Shown here one piece after another: positions 19,728 through 30,575 of a stretch of 64,000 bases of DNA. Under the pieces are notes generated by a model. The model was not told where the DNA came from. It was given only the letters and a program-made list of their open reading frames with translations, and ran no database searches. Origin of the DNA: an uncultured Spirochaetota bacterium (GTDB lineage: Bacteria; Spirochaetota; Spirochaetia; SZUA-6; Fen-1364). Positions within the stretch are counted from its first letter, which is position 1. Each line of letters starts with the position of its first letter. The translations under genes were made by a program, and so were the position numbers. The stretch is taken from assembly GCA_963734545.1 (NCBI GenBank), contig CAVTHO010000007.1, positions 288,001 through 352,000 of the forward strand, in the 5' to 3' direction.

Positions 19728-20642
19728 ATGATCAGAAGAATGGCTGTGGTGGCGCTCTCTTTGGCCGTGTGCGGGGTTGCCGTTTTTGCCGGTGGCAAGG
19801 CGGAAGCCGCTCTCGGCACGGAAGAACACCCCATCGTATGGGCGTTCGTGCCGTCAGGTGAGACGTCGAAGGTGTCCGCGGGCGCGCAAAGCGTGGCTGA
19901 CCTCCTGCATGCCAAGACCGGACTGTACTTCAAGACCCTCGTGGCCACGGAGTACGCGGGCGTCATCGAGGCGCTGCGGAGCAATCCGCCCACCGCGCAG
20001 ATGACCTCCCTGGCTACATTTGCATACGTGATGGCCGCCGACATGGGTGTGTCCAAGGCCGCGCTGATCTCGGTGAGGAACGGCAGCGCTTTCTACAATG
20101 GACAGATCATCACGAAGGCCGACTCAGGCATCAAGACGCTCGCCGACTTGAAGGGGAAGTCGTTCGCCCGGGTGGATGCCCTGTCCACCAGCGGATGGAT
20201 AATCCCCATGGTCACCCTGAAGGCGGCGGGGCTGGATCCTGAGCGGGACATCAAGGTCGTGGACGCCGGCAGCCACCCCGGTGTGGTATCCGCGGTGTAC
20301 AGCGGAGACGTGGACGCCGGAGCGTGCTTCGTCGACGCGCGGACCCTGATCCAGAAGGATCATCCGGATGTCATGGAGAAAGTCATAGTACTGCAAAAGT
20401 CCGCCAACATTCCCAACGACGGAGTCCAGTTTCATCCCTCCGTTGCCAAGGATCTGCAGGACAAGATCGTCGATGCGCTCCTTGAAATCGCTGCGACGGA
20501 TGAAGGAAAGAAGGCCATCAATACCGCGTATCAGTGGACGGCACTGGAGCGGCATGACGACACCTTCTACGATCCGTTCCGCCAGTTCCTGCAGGCGGCC
20601 GGAGTCAAGGCGGCGGACCTGCTCCCCAAGCCCAAGCAGTAG
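19728..20642 (+). CDS. phnD: Phosphate/phosphite/phosphonate ABC transporter substrate-binding protein
   Basis: AFVPS, EYAGVIEAL, DALSTSGWIIP, IPND; promoter TTGACG-17-TACTGT at 19665-19693. Confidence 0.88.
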   Translation: MIRRMAVVALSLAVCGVAVFAGGKAEAALGTEEHPIVWAFVPSGETSKVSAGAQSVADLLHAKTGLYFKTLVATEYAGVIEALRSNPPTAQMTSLATFAYVMAADMGVSKAALISVRNGSAFYNGQIITKADSGIKTLADLKGKSFARVDALSTSGWIIPMVTLKAAGLDPERDIKVVDAGSHPGVVSAVYSGDVDAGACFVDARTLIQKDHPDVMEKVIVLQKSANIPNDGVQFHPSVAKDLQDKIVDALLEIAATDEGKKAINTAYQWTALERHDDTFYDPFRQFLQAAGVKAADLLPKPKQ

Positions 20643-20669
20643 CCCTTCCGCGGCATACTGCGGAGTTGC

Positions 20670-20694
20670 GGGGGGACGGAAACGTCCCCCCTTT
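20670..20694 (+). terminator. Intercistronic hairpin / weak terminator after phnD
   Basis: GGGGGGACG-GAAA-CGTCCCCCC-TTT. Confidence 0.6.
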
Positions 20695-20712
20695 GCCGGC
20701 GCGGGGGAATGA

Positions 20713-21495
20713 ATGCTTGAAGTCAGGAATCTGACAAAGGTGTACCGGGATGGCACCGTGGCGCTGCGTGACGTGAGCTTCACGGTGCAGCCGGGGGACT
20801 TCCTCGTCATCATCGGTCTGAGCGGATCGGGAAAGTCCACGCTCCTGCGGTGCATCAATCGTCTCATCGACCCGACCGAGGGGCAGATCCTGTGGGACGG
20901 CGTGGACATCACGGCCGCTTCCGCGGAAGACCTGCGCGTGATCCGCCGGCAGATCGGAATGGTTTTCCAGCAGTTCAATCTCGTGAAACGATCGAGCGTT
21001 CTTACCAACGTGCTGACCGGCAGGCTGGGCTACGTGCGCCCGGGCTCCAGCCTGTTCTATCGCTTTCCGGCGCGCGACCGGGAGCTCGCGTGGAAAGCCC
21101 TTCAGCGGGTCGGGATCACCGACCAGGCGCGCAAGCAGGCGAGGGAGCTTTCCGGCGGCCAGCAGCAGCGCGTCGGAATCGCCCGGGCGCTCGTGCAGCA
21201 GCCGCGCATGCTCCTGGCGGACGAGCCCGTTGCGAGTCTCGACCCGGTCCTGGCGCATTCCATTCTGGGCTATCTCGAGCAGTTGAACCAGGAGGACGGC
21301 ATCACCGTTCTCTGCAGCCTGCACTACCTCGACCTGGTGCAGCGGTATGCGACGAACGTGATCGGCTTGCGGGGGGGGACGGTCGTCTACCGGGGGACCG
21401 GAGAAGACATCCGCACCATGTCCGATGCGCAGTTCAAAGAGATCTACGGAGAAGAGGCGGTGCGGGTGAACGCGGGCCGCCCGGCGCGAAGATGA
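20713..21495 (+). CDS. phnC: Phosphonate ABC transporter ATP-binding protein
   Basis: GLSGSGKST, LSGGQQQRVGIARAL, ADEPVASLDP. Confidence 0.92.
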   Translation: MLEVRNLTKVYRDGTVALRDVSFTVQPGDFLVIIGLSGSGKSTLLRCINRLIDPTEGQILWDGVDITAASAEDLRVIRRQIGMVFQQFNLVKRSSVLTNVLTGRLGYVRPGSSLFYRFPARDRELAWKALQRVGITDQARKQARELSGGQQQRVGIARALVQQPRMLLADEPVASLDPVLAHSILGYLEQLNQEDGITVLCSLHYLDLVQRYATNVIGLRGGTVVYRGTGEDIRTMSDAQFKEIYGEEAVRVNAGRPARR

Positions 21496-21501
21496 GAAGC
21501 C

Positions 21502-23014
21502 ATGGCCTCAGATAGCAGCGAAGATCGACCCTCCCGCGTCCCCCCGGCAGCCGCCGTTGCCGCTTCGATCCTCGTCCCGGGCGCGGGGCAGGTCCTCACC
21601 ATGCGCGTGCGCAGGGGACTCCTTCTCTTCGCGTCCATGGTTTCCCTGGTCGGCATGCTGATCTGGCGCGTGAAGCTCCTCGCACCCCTCGAACCGACCG
21701 TGTGGGGGATGCTGGGCAAGGCGCTGGGCAGGAGGCCGGGGTTCGTCGCGCTGGTTTTGGTCTCGATACTCGTCATCTGGGTGCTGAACGCCTTCGATGC
21801 CGGGCGGACGGGACCACGCCGGCAATCAGGCGGGTTCGGCATCTTCGCGCTCGTGCTCGGTGCGTTCTTCATCCTGGGATGGCAGCTCAGCGAGATCGAC
21901 ATTCCGAAAATGGTGCAGAAGTTCCCCGAGGCCACCAAGCCATTCGGCAAGGTTATCTGGCCGTGGCAGGCGGCAGTGACGCGGGACCCTGTCCTCCTCA
22001 CGGCAGAGGCTGAGATCCAGGTGCCGCGCGGTGCCGCTCCCCCGGCGGCCGTCCCCGAGGAACCGGGCAGGCCGTACCTGGCTGCGGAGCCGAACTACGG
22101 GGACCTCTCCAGCATGGATGCGAACAACCAGATCATTCCCGGCAGCCGCATCCGGTTCGACCGGACGCGGATTCCTGCCGGGAGCGGAAACCCAGATCTG
22201 GTGGAGGGACCCCCTTCGCAACGAGTTCCAGATCCGCCAGGCCGGCGCCTACCTGAGCGTGAAGACCGATTCTCACGGGTCCTTCACCCTGGAGATCTCG
22301 ATGCCGTACCGGACGTCTCCCCTGAAAGAATCGGGATCGGAGACGCACTGGGTGGAAGCGAGGCAGATCTCCGCAATGGGAAAGCTGCGGGCAAGCGAGG
22401 CGCTTCTGCTCACCCTCGAGCGGATGGTGGAAACGATCTTCATGGGCATGATGGCCACATTCTTCGGCATCATCCTCTCCATTCCGGTGAGCTTTCTTGC
22501 CGCCCGCAATATCATGTCCGCCTCGAAGGTCACCCTCGCGATCTACTACCTCACGCGCTCCGTTCTGAACATCATCCGTTCCATCGAGCCATTGATCTGG
22601 GCCCTCATTGCCGTTGTCTGGGTGGGGTTAGGGCCGTTTGCCGGTATCATCGCCCTGACGGTGCATTCGGTGGCCTCGCTGGGCAAGCTGTACTCGGAGG
22701 CGATCGAAAGCATCGATTCGGGCCCCATCGAGGCCATCCAGGCCACCGGCGCCACCCGGTTTCAGACGATCATGTTCGCCGTGGTGCCCCAGATGATCGC
22801 CCCCTTCGTGAGCTTCTCGATCTATCGGTGGGACATCAACGTGCGGATGTCCACGGTAATCGGTCTCGTCGGAGGGGGAGGGGTCGGCTTCATCCTGATT
22901 CAATATATCCGCCTGCTCGATTACCAGGCTGCCGGTATTGCCGTGTGGTTCATCGCGGTCACCGTGGCGGTGCTGGACTACGTGAGCTCGGAAATCAGAC
23001 AGCGCTTCGTCTAG
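21502..23014 (+). CDS. phnE: Phosphonate ABC permease with extended N-terminal and extracytoplasmic region (frameshift near 22160)
   Basis: C-terminal frame has GLGPFAGIIAL, LGKLYSEAIE, YRWDINVRMSTVIGLVGGGG. Confidence 0.85.
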
Positions 23015-23066
23015 GCCGGCTCCAGCTGCTCTTTACAGATCGAACGCCGCTCAGATACTATGCGGC

Positions 23067-24674
23067 ATGCGGGCAGGATCGATCACCGCGGTGCCTCGCA
23101 CGTTCCGGAATATGCTCTCTGCAGGGATCCTCGCTGCCGCCGTAGGATTCGCCCTCTGGTACGCCAGCACCCACAGCTACCTGCTTTTTCACAGCATCAC
23201 CGAGATATTCAGCATCGTGATAGCGGCCAGCGTGTTCATGATTTCCTGGAACTCGCGCGCCTATCCCGAGGCGCGGCCGTTCGTCATCCTCGGAATCGGG
23301 TTTCTCTTCGTCGCCGTCATCGACCTGTTCCATACCCTTTCGTACCGGGGAATGGGGGTACTCCCGACTGGGCAGGATTATGCCACGAAGCTGTGGGTGG
23401 CCGGCAGGGCAGTGCAGGTGGCGGCAACCGTCGCGTTCGCCCTTCTGCTGAGGCTGCGGCGCACGGTCCCCTCGGCAATGCTTTTTTGTTCTTTTGCCGT
23501 CATGACTACTGTCCTGTTGCTGTCGATTTTCGTGTGGGACGTGTTCCCTCTCTGCCTGGTCGAAGGCCGGGGGGTCACGCCATTCAAGGTAGCGAGCGAA
23601 TATGTCCTCTGCGCATTCCTTGCAGTGGCGATTGCCCTTGTGACAGGGGAGCGCGAAACTCTCGCCCCGCGGGTGCGCACGCTCCTTGTCCTGTCCTTCT
23701 CTGCCACCATCCTCAGCGAGATGGCGTTCACGCTGTATACCAGTGCCTATGGGACCCAGAACCTGATCGGGCACTATCTCAAGATCGCCGCCTGCGTTTT
23801 CGCCTACCAGGCGCTTTTTTCTGCCGAGGTGCGCAAGCGAATCGCGGTCATCGAGGCGCTCGAGAGGGCGAACGAAGCGCTGGCAAGGACGGAGCGGGAG
23901 CTCCGGAAGGCGAATGCATCCAAGGACAAGTTTTTTTCGATTATCGCCCACGACCTCAGAAATCCCATCGGGGGGCTGCTGACACTCTCCGAGCTGCTGG
24001 CGAAGAAGTTCGATGCCATGGAACCGCAGAAGGTCCGCGAGTTCTGCAGGTTGATCTACGACGGCACCCGGCAGGGATCCGAGCTCCTGGAGAGTCTCCT
24101 CCAGTGGGCGCGTGCGCAGACCGGGCGGATCGAATGCGAGCCGAGGCTGCTCTGCCTTTCCGCGCTCTGCCGGGAGAGCGTGGCGCTCGTCTTTGCCCAG
24201 GCGCAGCAGAAGGAAATCCGGCTCCTGTGTGATGTCTCGGATGAGGTGAAAGCGTTCGCGGATGAGAACATGGTCTTCACGATCCTGCGCAATCTTCTTT
24301 CAAACGCCGTCAAGTTCACTGCCCGCGGCGGGTGCATCGGGATTTCGGCCGGGGCCGTCGGGGAGTGCGTGGAGCTTTCCGTGGCCGACACGGGCGTGGG
24401 GATGGGTCCGGAAGACCTGGAAAAGCTCTTCAGAATTGACGTGCATTTCACCTGCAAGGGCACGGCCAATGAGCACGGGAACGGGCTCGGTCTGATTGTC
24501 TGCAGTGAGTTTGCCGAGCGGAATCGCGGGTCGATCAGCGTGAAGAGCAGGCCGGGCGAGGGAACGACATTCACGCTCCGTCTGCCGCGGGCAGCTCAAC
24601 CCATGTCGAGCGGCGGCGGCGGCGCGCCTCCCTCCCAGACTCCTTCCAGGCTCGGGTCGAACGGCTTGCCGTAG
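23067..24674 (+). CDS. MASE3-domain sensor histidine kinase
   Basis: SYLLFHSITEIFSI, DLFHTLSYRGM (MASE3); H-box IAHDLRNP, NLLSNAVKF, DTGVG, GNGLGL. Confidence 0.9.
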   Translation: MRAGSITAVPRTFRNMLSAGILAAAVGFALWYASTHSYLLFHSITEIFSIVIAASVFMISWNSRAYPEARPFVILGIGFLFVAVIDLFHTLSYRGMGVLPTGQDYATKLWVAGRAVQVAATVAFALLLRLRRTVPSAMLFCSFAVMTTVLLLSIFVWDVFPLCLVEGRGVTPFKVASEYVLCAFLAVAIALVTGERETLAPRVRTLLVLSFSATILSEMAFTLYTSAYGTQNLIGHYLKIAACVFAYQALFSAEVRKRIAVIEALERANEALARTERELRKANASKDKFFSIIAHDLRNPIGGLLTLSELLAKKFDAMEPQKVREFCRLIYDGTRQGSELLESLLQWARAQTGRIECEPRLLCLSALCRESVALVFAQAQQKEIRLLCDVSDEVKAFADENMVFTILRNLLSNAVKFTARGGCIGISAGAVGECVELSVADTGVGMGPEDLEKLFRIDVHFTCKGTANEHGNGLGLIVCSEFAERNRGSISVKSRPGEGTTFTLRLPRAAQPMSSGGGGAPPSQTPSRLGSNGLP

Positions 24675-25857
24675 AGGAACCGGAAGAGCACCTTGAAGTC
24701 CTCCTGATCGATCCGCAGGAAAAGCACCCCGAAGTATGCGTTCTCCGCGTCCTTGAACTTCCGCATGATCCGCGACCCGATCAGCATCGTCCTTTTCTCC
24801 AGCTTCACGGTCAGCTCCAGGTCGGTATGCACGATGAGATCCCGGATGAGGTCCGGGGAAGTGTGGGCAAACAGGAGCCCGGAAGCGCTCATGTCGATGA
24901 TCGGGGCCTCGTAGCGGCGCTCGGTGCTGCGCTCGACCTTGAAGTACCCGTTCGTGACGAGCGAATAGCAGAGCGTCCGGGCGAACTCCTGCACGTACTC
25001 GAATATGTCACGGGAGAGGCGTTCCCTGCGGGCCCCCGTGTTCCAGACGTGCACGTAGCCCACCACGTATTCGTTGTACAGCACCGGGCACCAGAGCTCC
25101 GACACGATGTCCTGCTTGGTCTTCTCATAAAGGATGTTCCCGAGCTTGCTGGTGATGACGTGTGCCTGCGCGCCGGCCTCCTCCTCCAGCTTGATCAGGT
25201 CCGATTTCGTGATGACCCTCTCGTCGGGGAAGGGGTCCCGGCTGGGAAAGTCCTCCGCGGTGGAGGGAATCCAGAGAGCACTTGCCGAGACGCACGATGA
25301 TCTTCTCCTCCCACGTGCGGGGCATTCTGTCGCGCATCATCACGATCTTGCTGTCGGAGACCAGGGATTCCATCCGGGTGCGGAAAGTCTGGACGACTTC
25401 TTCGATACGCTTCGGATCGAAAGCAGTCGATTCTTCCGGCGGCTCCACGGGGTTGAACCGGTCGGACTTTGGAAAATTCAATTCCACTTTTGTGCCGTGG
25501 AGGCTGAAAGAGACGTCCATGCCGCCCGCGACCCTGACCCGCTCGAACTTGCGCTGCAGGTTCTTGTACACTCCGGGCGGCTGGTCCACGATCATCTTCT
25601 CCCCGGCTGACCTCCTGCACGCGGGAGACGAAGGTATGATAGTTGTTCTTCAGATAGAAGAAGACACGGATTTCCTCTCCGGGCTCGAACCCCTCCAACT
25701 TCCCCTCGAGCGGAGACATGATCAGCCCCTTGTCACTGATTCCCGCGAAAAGGCACGTGAGCTCCTTTCTGCTTCCGTGAATATCGCAGGGTATGTTCTC
25801 GTCCACGAGGGTTTTGAACACGAACTCCTTTTCGATCCGCCCGACTTCCGTTCCCAT
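24596..25857 (-). CDS. PilZ/DUF1577-type c-di-GMP receptor (frameshifts near 25600 and 25280)
   Basis: RxxxR motif QRKFERVR, DxSxxG motif DMSASG, GAF-like middle (CPVLYNEYVVGYV). Confidence 0.78.
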
Positions 25858-25862
25858 CGATC

Positions 25863-26620
25863 TCACTCCTCCAGAAGCCAGCGATACGCAGAAGGGAAGT
25901 ACTTCTCCTTGGATTTCTCTCGTTTCACCGCCAATTGCGCAAGGCTGAGCTGCAGGTCCGACACGAGCCACTTTTTGCCCGCGCGCGCCATGTAGATCTC
26001 TCCTTCCGCGCTTCCCTCCGCGCCGAACAGCCGCACATTGGCCGCGATCTCTCCGTCGTCCTGCATCTTGGGCGTGCCCAGGCGGAAGGAGCGGGGAGCG
26101 TAGCCCTGCTTCAGCCCGTCTGTCAGCGTGTCGAGCACGGTCTTTTCCGATTCTGCGGCCAGGAGCGCGCGGTCGGGCTTGCCCGGCCACGAGACCCGCA
26201 AGGAAGGTTTCGGCAGTGGAAGCCGCGTCGTTCTCATCCTGGTTCTCCGCGCGGTCATCACCCAGGGGGCCGATCTTGAAATCCTCCGGCAGCGCGCGTG
26301 TCTGTCGGCCCAGTGCCATGAGTGTGGTCACGTTGGCAAGCGGCCGCGTACGAGCGAGCAGAGGTTCTGCCTGCTGGTCCGGGGCCAGGGTGATCGATCG
26401 AGCCGGACCGGGAGCGGGCTTCGGGTGCGCGGGCTCAGTTTTCGGCGCCTGCTCGGGGCCGGGCGGCCGGACCAGCGGAGGGGGCGCTTGCGCGAGCGCG
26501 GCCGGCTCGGCCGGGCTGCTGGACGGGCGCGGGAGGAGTGCCCTGCCGCGTGCTCTTGTGGCAGGCGAGAACCGTGAGAAAGATCAACAGAATTGCCGGG
26601 AAGAGCAGCCGCGTTCTCAT
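25863..26620 (-). CDS. Hypothetical lipoprotein (frameshifted)
   Basis: MRTRLLFPAILLIFLTVLA-C lipobox, Pro/Ala-rich tether, C-terminal domain in the 25863-26261 frame. Confidence 0.6.
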
Positions 26621-26766
26621 GACTCCTTGTATCATTCTCGGGAGAAATCGTCAAACAGCCGGGGAGTGCAGGCAGGGGCCGGGGGCTGCCGATCGGCCTT
26701 GCGGGTACGCCGTCCATGGCCCCTTTACACTGCCGCGTCCCGCCTTTTACTGTAGGGAGAATCTCA

Positions 26767-28057
26767 ATGGGTGAAAAAGAGCGCATCCTCGACCACCTGG
26801 AAAACGACTATACCGAGCCCATCCGGGACCCGGTCTGGAAGCACATCTACGTGTCCCGGCCTCTCCTGCGCATCCTGGAGCTCGAGCAGTTCCAGAAGCT
26901 GGATCGCATTCGCCAGCTCGGCCCGGCGTATCTTGTCTACCCCGGGGCCACGCACACGCGCCGGTCTCACAGCCTGGGCGTCTTTCACCTGGCGCGGCGC
27001 ATGATCACCACGCTCGTGCGGAAGAACCGTGTCGTCGATATCACCCTGGAAGGTGTGAAGTCGTTCCTCTGCGCGGCGCTTCTGCACGATATCGGCCATT
27101 ACCCCTTTGCCCATTCCCTCAAGGACCTCGAGGTGGAAGCGCACGAGGCGCTTGCTGCGCGCCAGATCCTGTCCGACTTTTCCGCGGCCATCCGCGCGCA
27201 CCTGCGTATCGAGCCGGAAGCGGTCGCTTCCATCATCGACCACCGGACGTCCTACCGCGGCGCGGAGAACGTCGCGTTCTACTGGAAGCTCCTCTCGGGC
27301 GTGCTGGATCCTGACAAGCTCGACTACCTCAACCGGGATGCATTTTTCTGCGGAGTTCCCTACGGAATACAGGACGTGGATTTCATCCTGGAGGAAGTCT
27401 ACCCGCACGTGGAAAACGGCGTGGCGATAAGCCCCAAGGGGATCACGGCGCTGGAGAACATCCTGTTTTCGAAGTACCTGATGTACAAGACCGTCTACTG
27501 GCACAAGACGGTGCGAATCGCGACCGCCATGATCAAGAAGGCAATCGGCATGGCGCTGGCGGAGGGCGCCATCAGGAGGCAGGATCTGTACGGGCTGGAT
27601 GATGAGGAGTTCTTCGCTCGTTTTTCGACTCGCCGCATCCCCGGCGCGCAGCTCATCGAGGACACGCGGAACCGTGTCCTTCACAAGCAGGTGCTGAGAC
27701 TGCCCTTCAAGGACGGGAATGCCGCGCACCGCCGGCTCGAGGATGTCAATGCCCGGCTCGCGCTCGAGCAGGAGATAGCGGCGGAGGCGGGGAGGGCGCT
27801 GGGCAGAACGGTGATGCCCGACTGCATCGTCGTCGACATTCCCGAGCGCATCTCCTTCGAGCTGAGCATTCCCGTAATCGATCCGGGCGTCCGAGTCGGA
27901 GGAGACGGATGCGGGAGATACCTCGTACGTGTTCAACCGGATGGGGCACGAGGACTTTCCCCGGTCGCTTCGCACGATAACGGTAAGCGCGCGTCGGGAC
28001 CCGGACCTGCTGGAAGCGCTGGCAAAGCTCGACCTCGCGCGTCGATTCGCGCCATGA
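26767..28057 (+). CDS. HD-domain phosphohydrolase (dNTPase/YdhJ-like; frameshift near 27890)
   Basis: IRDPVW, RIRQLG..VYPGATHTRRSHSLG, ALLHDIGH, DPDKLDYLNRD. The shifted frame ends ...LARRFAP-TGA, overlapping the ttcA ATG. Confidence 0.85.
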
Positions 28058-28878
28058 AGGACCGCTCGCGCGCAGACGCGCTGCTGCTGGAACGCTTCTC
28101 ACGTCACGCAGGCCGCGGAATCAACAGGTTCGAGATGATCGGGCCCGGTGATCGCGTCCTCATCGGCGTGTCGGGAGGCAAGGATTCGCTGGCCCTGAGC
28201 CTTGCCCTGCAGGAACGCCGGAAGTGGGTGCCGGTCACCTACGAGCTGTTCGCGGTCCAGGTCGAATGGCGCGAGTATCCCATGACGGACGAAGAAAAGG
28301 CGGCAATCGACGGATTTTTCGACGGCGTCGGAATCCCGTTCCGCCGGATACAGGCACAGATTGCGCCTCCCACGTTCGGAAAGAAATTCAGCTGCTACAC
28401 CTGCGCGCGCAATCGGAAGCGAATACTCTTCGACGAGGCGACGCGACTCGGGGCGCGAAAAATCGCGCTGGGCCACCACATGGACGATATCGCCCGTACG
28501 ACCCTCATGAACATGTTCTTCCACGGTGAGCTGTCGACCATGATGCCGGTGCAGCATTTTTTCGGAGGAACGCTGTCGATCATCCGGCCCTTGTGCGAGA
28601 TCCGGGAGGCTGAGGTGTCCCGGCTGGCGGCCCGGTTGGGGCTTCCCTCAGCCCCCAACAGGTGTCCACGCGCGGATAAGAATCGACGCCTGCTGATGAA
28701 GGAGATCCTGCGGCAGGCTTCCCACGTGGACAGACACGCGGTCTCCAACGTGTACGGGTCGGCGTGGAGGGTCAATTCCGAGTACCTTCCCTCGCCAGAC
28801 CGCGCCGATGAGGGTGGGCCCGTCGGCGAAGAGGAAGAGGAGGATCCGGACCCGCGCTTGCCGGAGGCCTGGTTGTAA
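28054..28878 (+). CDS. ttcA: tRNA 2-thiocytidine(32) synthetase TtcA family
   Basis: PP-loop SGGKDS, CYTCARNRK, ALGHHMDD, IIRPL, CP. Confidence 0.8.
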   Translation: MKDRSRADALLLERFSRHAGRGINRFEMIGPGDRVLIGVSGGKDSLALSLALQERRKWVPVTYELFAVQVEWREYPMTDEEKAAIDGFFDGVGIPFRRIQAQIAPPTFGKKFSCYTCARNRKRILFDEATRLGARKIALGHHMDDIARTTLMNMFFHGELSTMMPVQHFFGGTLSIIRPLCEIREAEVSRLAARLGLPSAPNRCPRADKNRRLLMKEILRQASHVDRHAVSNVYGSAWRVNSEYLPSPDRADEGGPVGEEEEEDPDPRLPEAWL

Positions 28879-28903
28879 CGTACATTAACGGCAACGGCTC
28901 GCC

Positions 28904-29653
28904 ATGCTCTGTGCCATCGTCAGCGACATTCATTCCAACCATGAGGCCCTTGCCGCGGTTCTCGGGACGATCGAAAAGCTTCCGGTGGATGTCCTGTACT
29001 GCCTGGGCGATCTGGTGGGATACAACGCGGACCCCGACGCGTGCGTCGAGGCAATCCTCCCGCGGGCAAAAGCCGTTGTGCGCGGAAATCACGACAAGGC
29101 AGTGGCCGGGTTGCTCAATCTGGACTGGTTCAACCATACAGCGAGGGAGGCTGTTCTCTGGACCCGCCGGAGCGCGAGCGCGAAGACGCTGGAGGAAGTG
29201 AAAAGGCTTCCGCCCGGGCCGCTCGAGGTGGAGGATGGAATCCTCCTCTGCCACGGCACGCCCTATGACGAGGACGCTTACCTTATGGACATCGGCACCA
29301 TCGAGGAGAGCTACCGTTTTCTGGAGGAAAGCCACCCGGAGACCAGGTTCTGCCTGCACGGTCACACCCACTATCCCCAGGTGGTCGTGCGGCGCGGGGA
29401 GCGAACGAAGCCCGAAGTCCTCCGCCGGCTGGAAGAAACAAGGCTGGAAAAGGGGGCAACCTACCTGATCAATCCCGGTTCAGTGGGACAGCCGAGGGAT
29501 GGTATAGCACAGGCATCTTTTGGTATATTAGATACCAACAGGCTGGTTTACAGGAACCTTCGGGTTGCGTACGGCGTGCAGGAAACGCAGAGGAAAGTCC
29601 TTCAGGCAGGGCTTCCTCCCGAGCTCGCGCGGCGCCTCGCGGAGGGCAGGTAA
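28904..29653 (+). CDS. Calcineurin-like metallophosphoesterase
   Basis: SDIHSN, LGDLVGY, GNHD, GHTH, NPGSVGQPRD. Confidence 0.9.
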   Translation: MLCAIVSDIHSNHEALAAVLGTIEKLPVDVLYCLGDLVGYNADPDACVEAILPRAKAVVRGNHDKAVAGLLNLDWFNHTAREAVLWTRRSASAKTLEEVKRLPPGPLEVEDGILLCHGTPYDEDAYLMDIGTIEESYRFLEESHPETRFCLHGHTHYPQVVVRRGERTKPEVLRRLEETRLEKGATYLINPGSVGQPRDGIAQASFGILDTNRLVYRNLRVAYGVQETQRKVLQAGLPPELARRLAEGR

Positions 29654-29692
29654 GATGGCGGCGTGCCGGCCCGCTCCAGCAGAGGAGAGTGA

Positions 29693-30130
29693 ATGAAATC
29701 GCAGCTCATGGAGGAAAGGATACGCCGCGTGACGGTGCTCTTTTCCGAGCTCAGCTTCCGCGTGACAGAGGACGAACGCTCGCACAATGCATACTCTGCC
29801 ACATTTGAGGACGACGACGCATTCCAGGCCGGCGTTCTCATCGAGAGGGGAAGCAGATTTCTTGAGCTGGCCTACGCCCTGACATTTCCCCCTTCCTACT
29901 CGCAGCTCATGAAGGGGAAGTTGGAGGAAATGCTGAAGACCTGCTACGAGTTCGGCTGCTACGTGAGCCTCCAGCAGACTACTACGGAGATCAGCTTCTC
30001 GGTATTTACGAAGATCTACTACTCGGGATTGAACTACTACTCTCTGCGCGACAGCCTTCGGGATTTCCGCGAGTGCGTTGCAGCTCTCATGGATCTCCTG
30101 GAGATGGGCAAGGACGGGCTGGAGGCGTAG
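29693..30130 (+). CDS. Hypothetical protein (145 aa), possible YbjN/chaperone-like fold
   Basis: SD GGAGAG, good codon usage, alpha-beta3-alpha-beta2-alpha-like pattern. Confidence 0.65.
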   Translation: MKSQLMEERIRRVTVLFSELSFRVTEDERSHNAYSATFEDDDAFQAGVLIERGSRFLELAYALTFPPSYSQLMKGKLEEMLKTCYEFGCYVSLQQTTTEISFSVFTKIYYSGLNYYSLRDSLRDFRECVAALMDLLEMGKDGLEA

Positions 30131-30164
30131 GCAAGGGCTCCCGGCGCGCAAGCGCGCCTGCCGC

Positions 30165-30262
30165 CCTATGGATGCCGAGGGCGAGCGAGTCCAGGGATGG
30201 ACGAAAGCGAGCCCGTACGCCGTCCATGGATGGACGGGAGCGAGCCCACAGGCAAGGACTAA
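30165..30262. repeat. REP-like intergenic repeat cluster (CC(A/T)(G/T)GGATG core)
   Basis: cctatggatgccg, gtccagggatggacg, gtccatggatggacg. The 15-mer gtacgccgtccatgg also occurs at 26705-26719. Confidence 0.6.
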
Positions 30263-30276
30263 GGCTGGGTCCGCTT

Positions 30277-30564
30277 CTAGAACGTTTCCGAGAAAATCTC
30301 CGCCTCTTGCAGTACGCCTTCGCAGTTGTTTTCGACGAATGCGAGGACCTTGTGCATCAGCGATTCGCCGAAGGTCTTTGAGTTGGTGACGAGAGCCGCC
30401 CCGATCTGCGCGTAGCGCATCGAATCCTGCATGTCCACCTCGGCCACGGAGAGGGGAAACTTGTTCGAGAGTTTCTCCTTCAATGAAGACACGATCCTCC
30501 GCTTGTCCTTGATGGATTGGAGGGGGGGAAGCTCGATACGGAACTGGATCATGCAGACGATCAT
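30277..30564 (-). CDS. DUF503 (YlxP-like) protein
   Basis: SIKDKRRIVSSLKEKL..KF.LSVAEVD.QD. Confidence 0.88.
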   Translation of the reverse strand: MIVCMIQFRIELPPLQSIKDKRRIVSSLKEKLSNKFPLSVAEVDMQDSMRYAQIGAALVTNSKTFGESLMHKVLAFVENNCEGVLQEAEIFSETF

Positions 30565-30575
30565 CCGTCCTCTAT

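Noticed and set aside
18293-20056. Long antisense ORFs (also 12504-14171, 37653-39539, 42134-43354, 47989-49125)
   Set aside because: Shadow ORFs opposite real genes, expected from high-GC codon bias; no motifs.
24596-24674. Convergent 3' gene overlaps (also 5889-5917, 9740-9765, 62746-62792)
   Set aside because: Short tail-to-tail overlaps are common in compact GC-rich genomes; no further signal.
26716-28878. Apparent 720-aa HD-TtcA fusion
   Set aside because: The linker is out-of-frame junk. A one-base shift near 27890 gives a sensible HD C-terminus ending at a TGA that overlaps the ttcA ATG (ATGA), so these are two genes.
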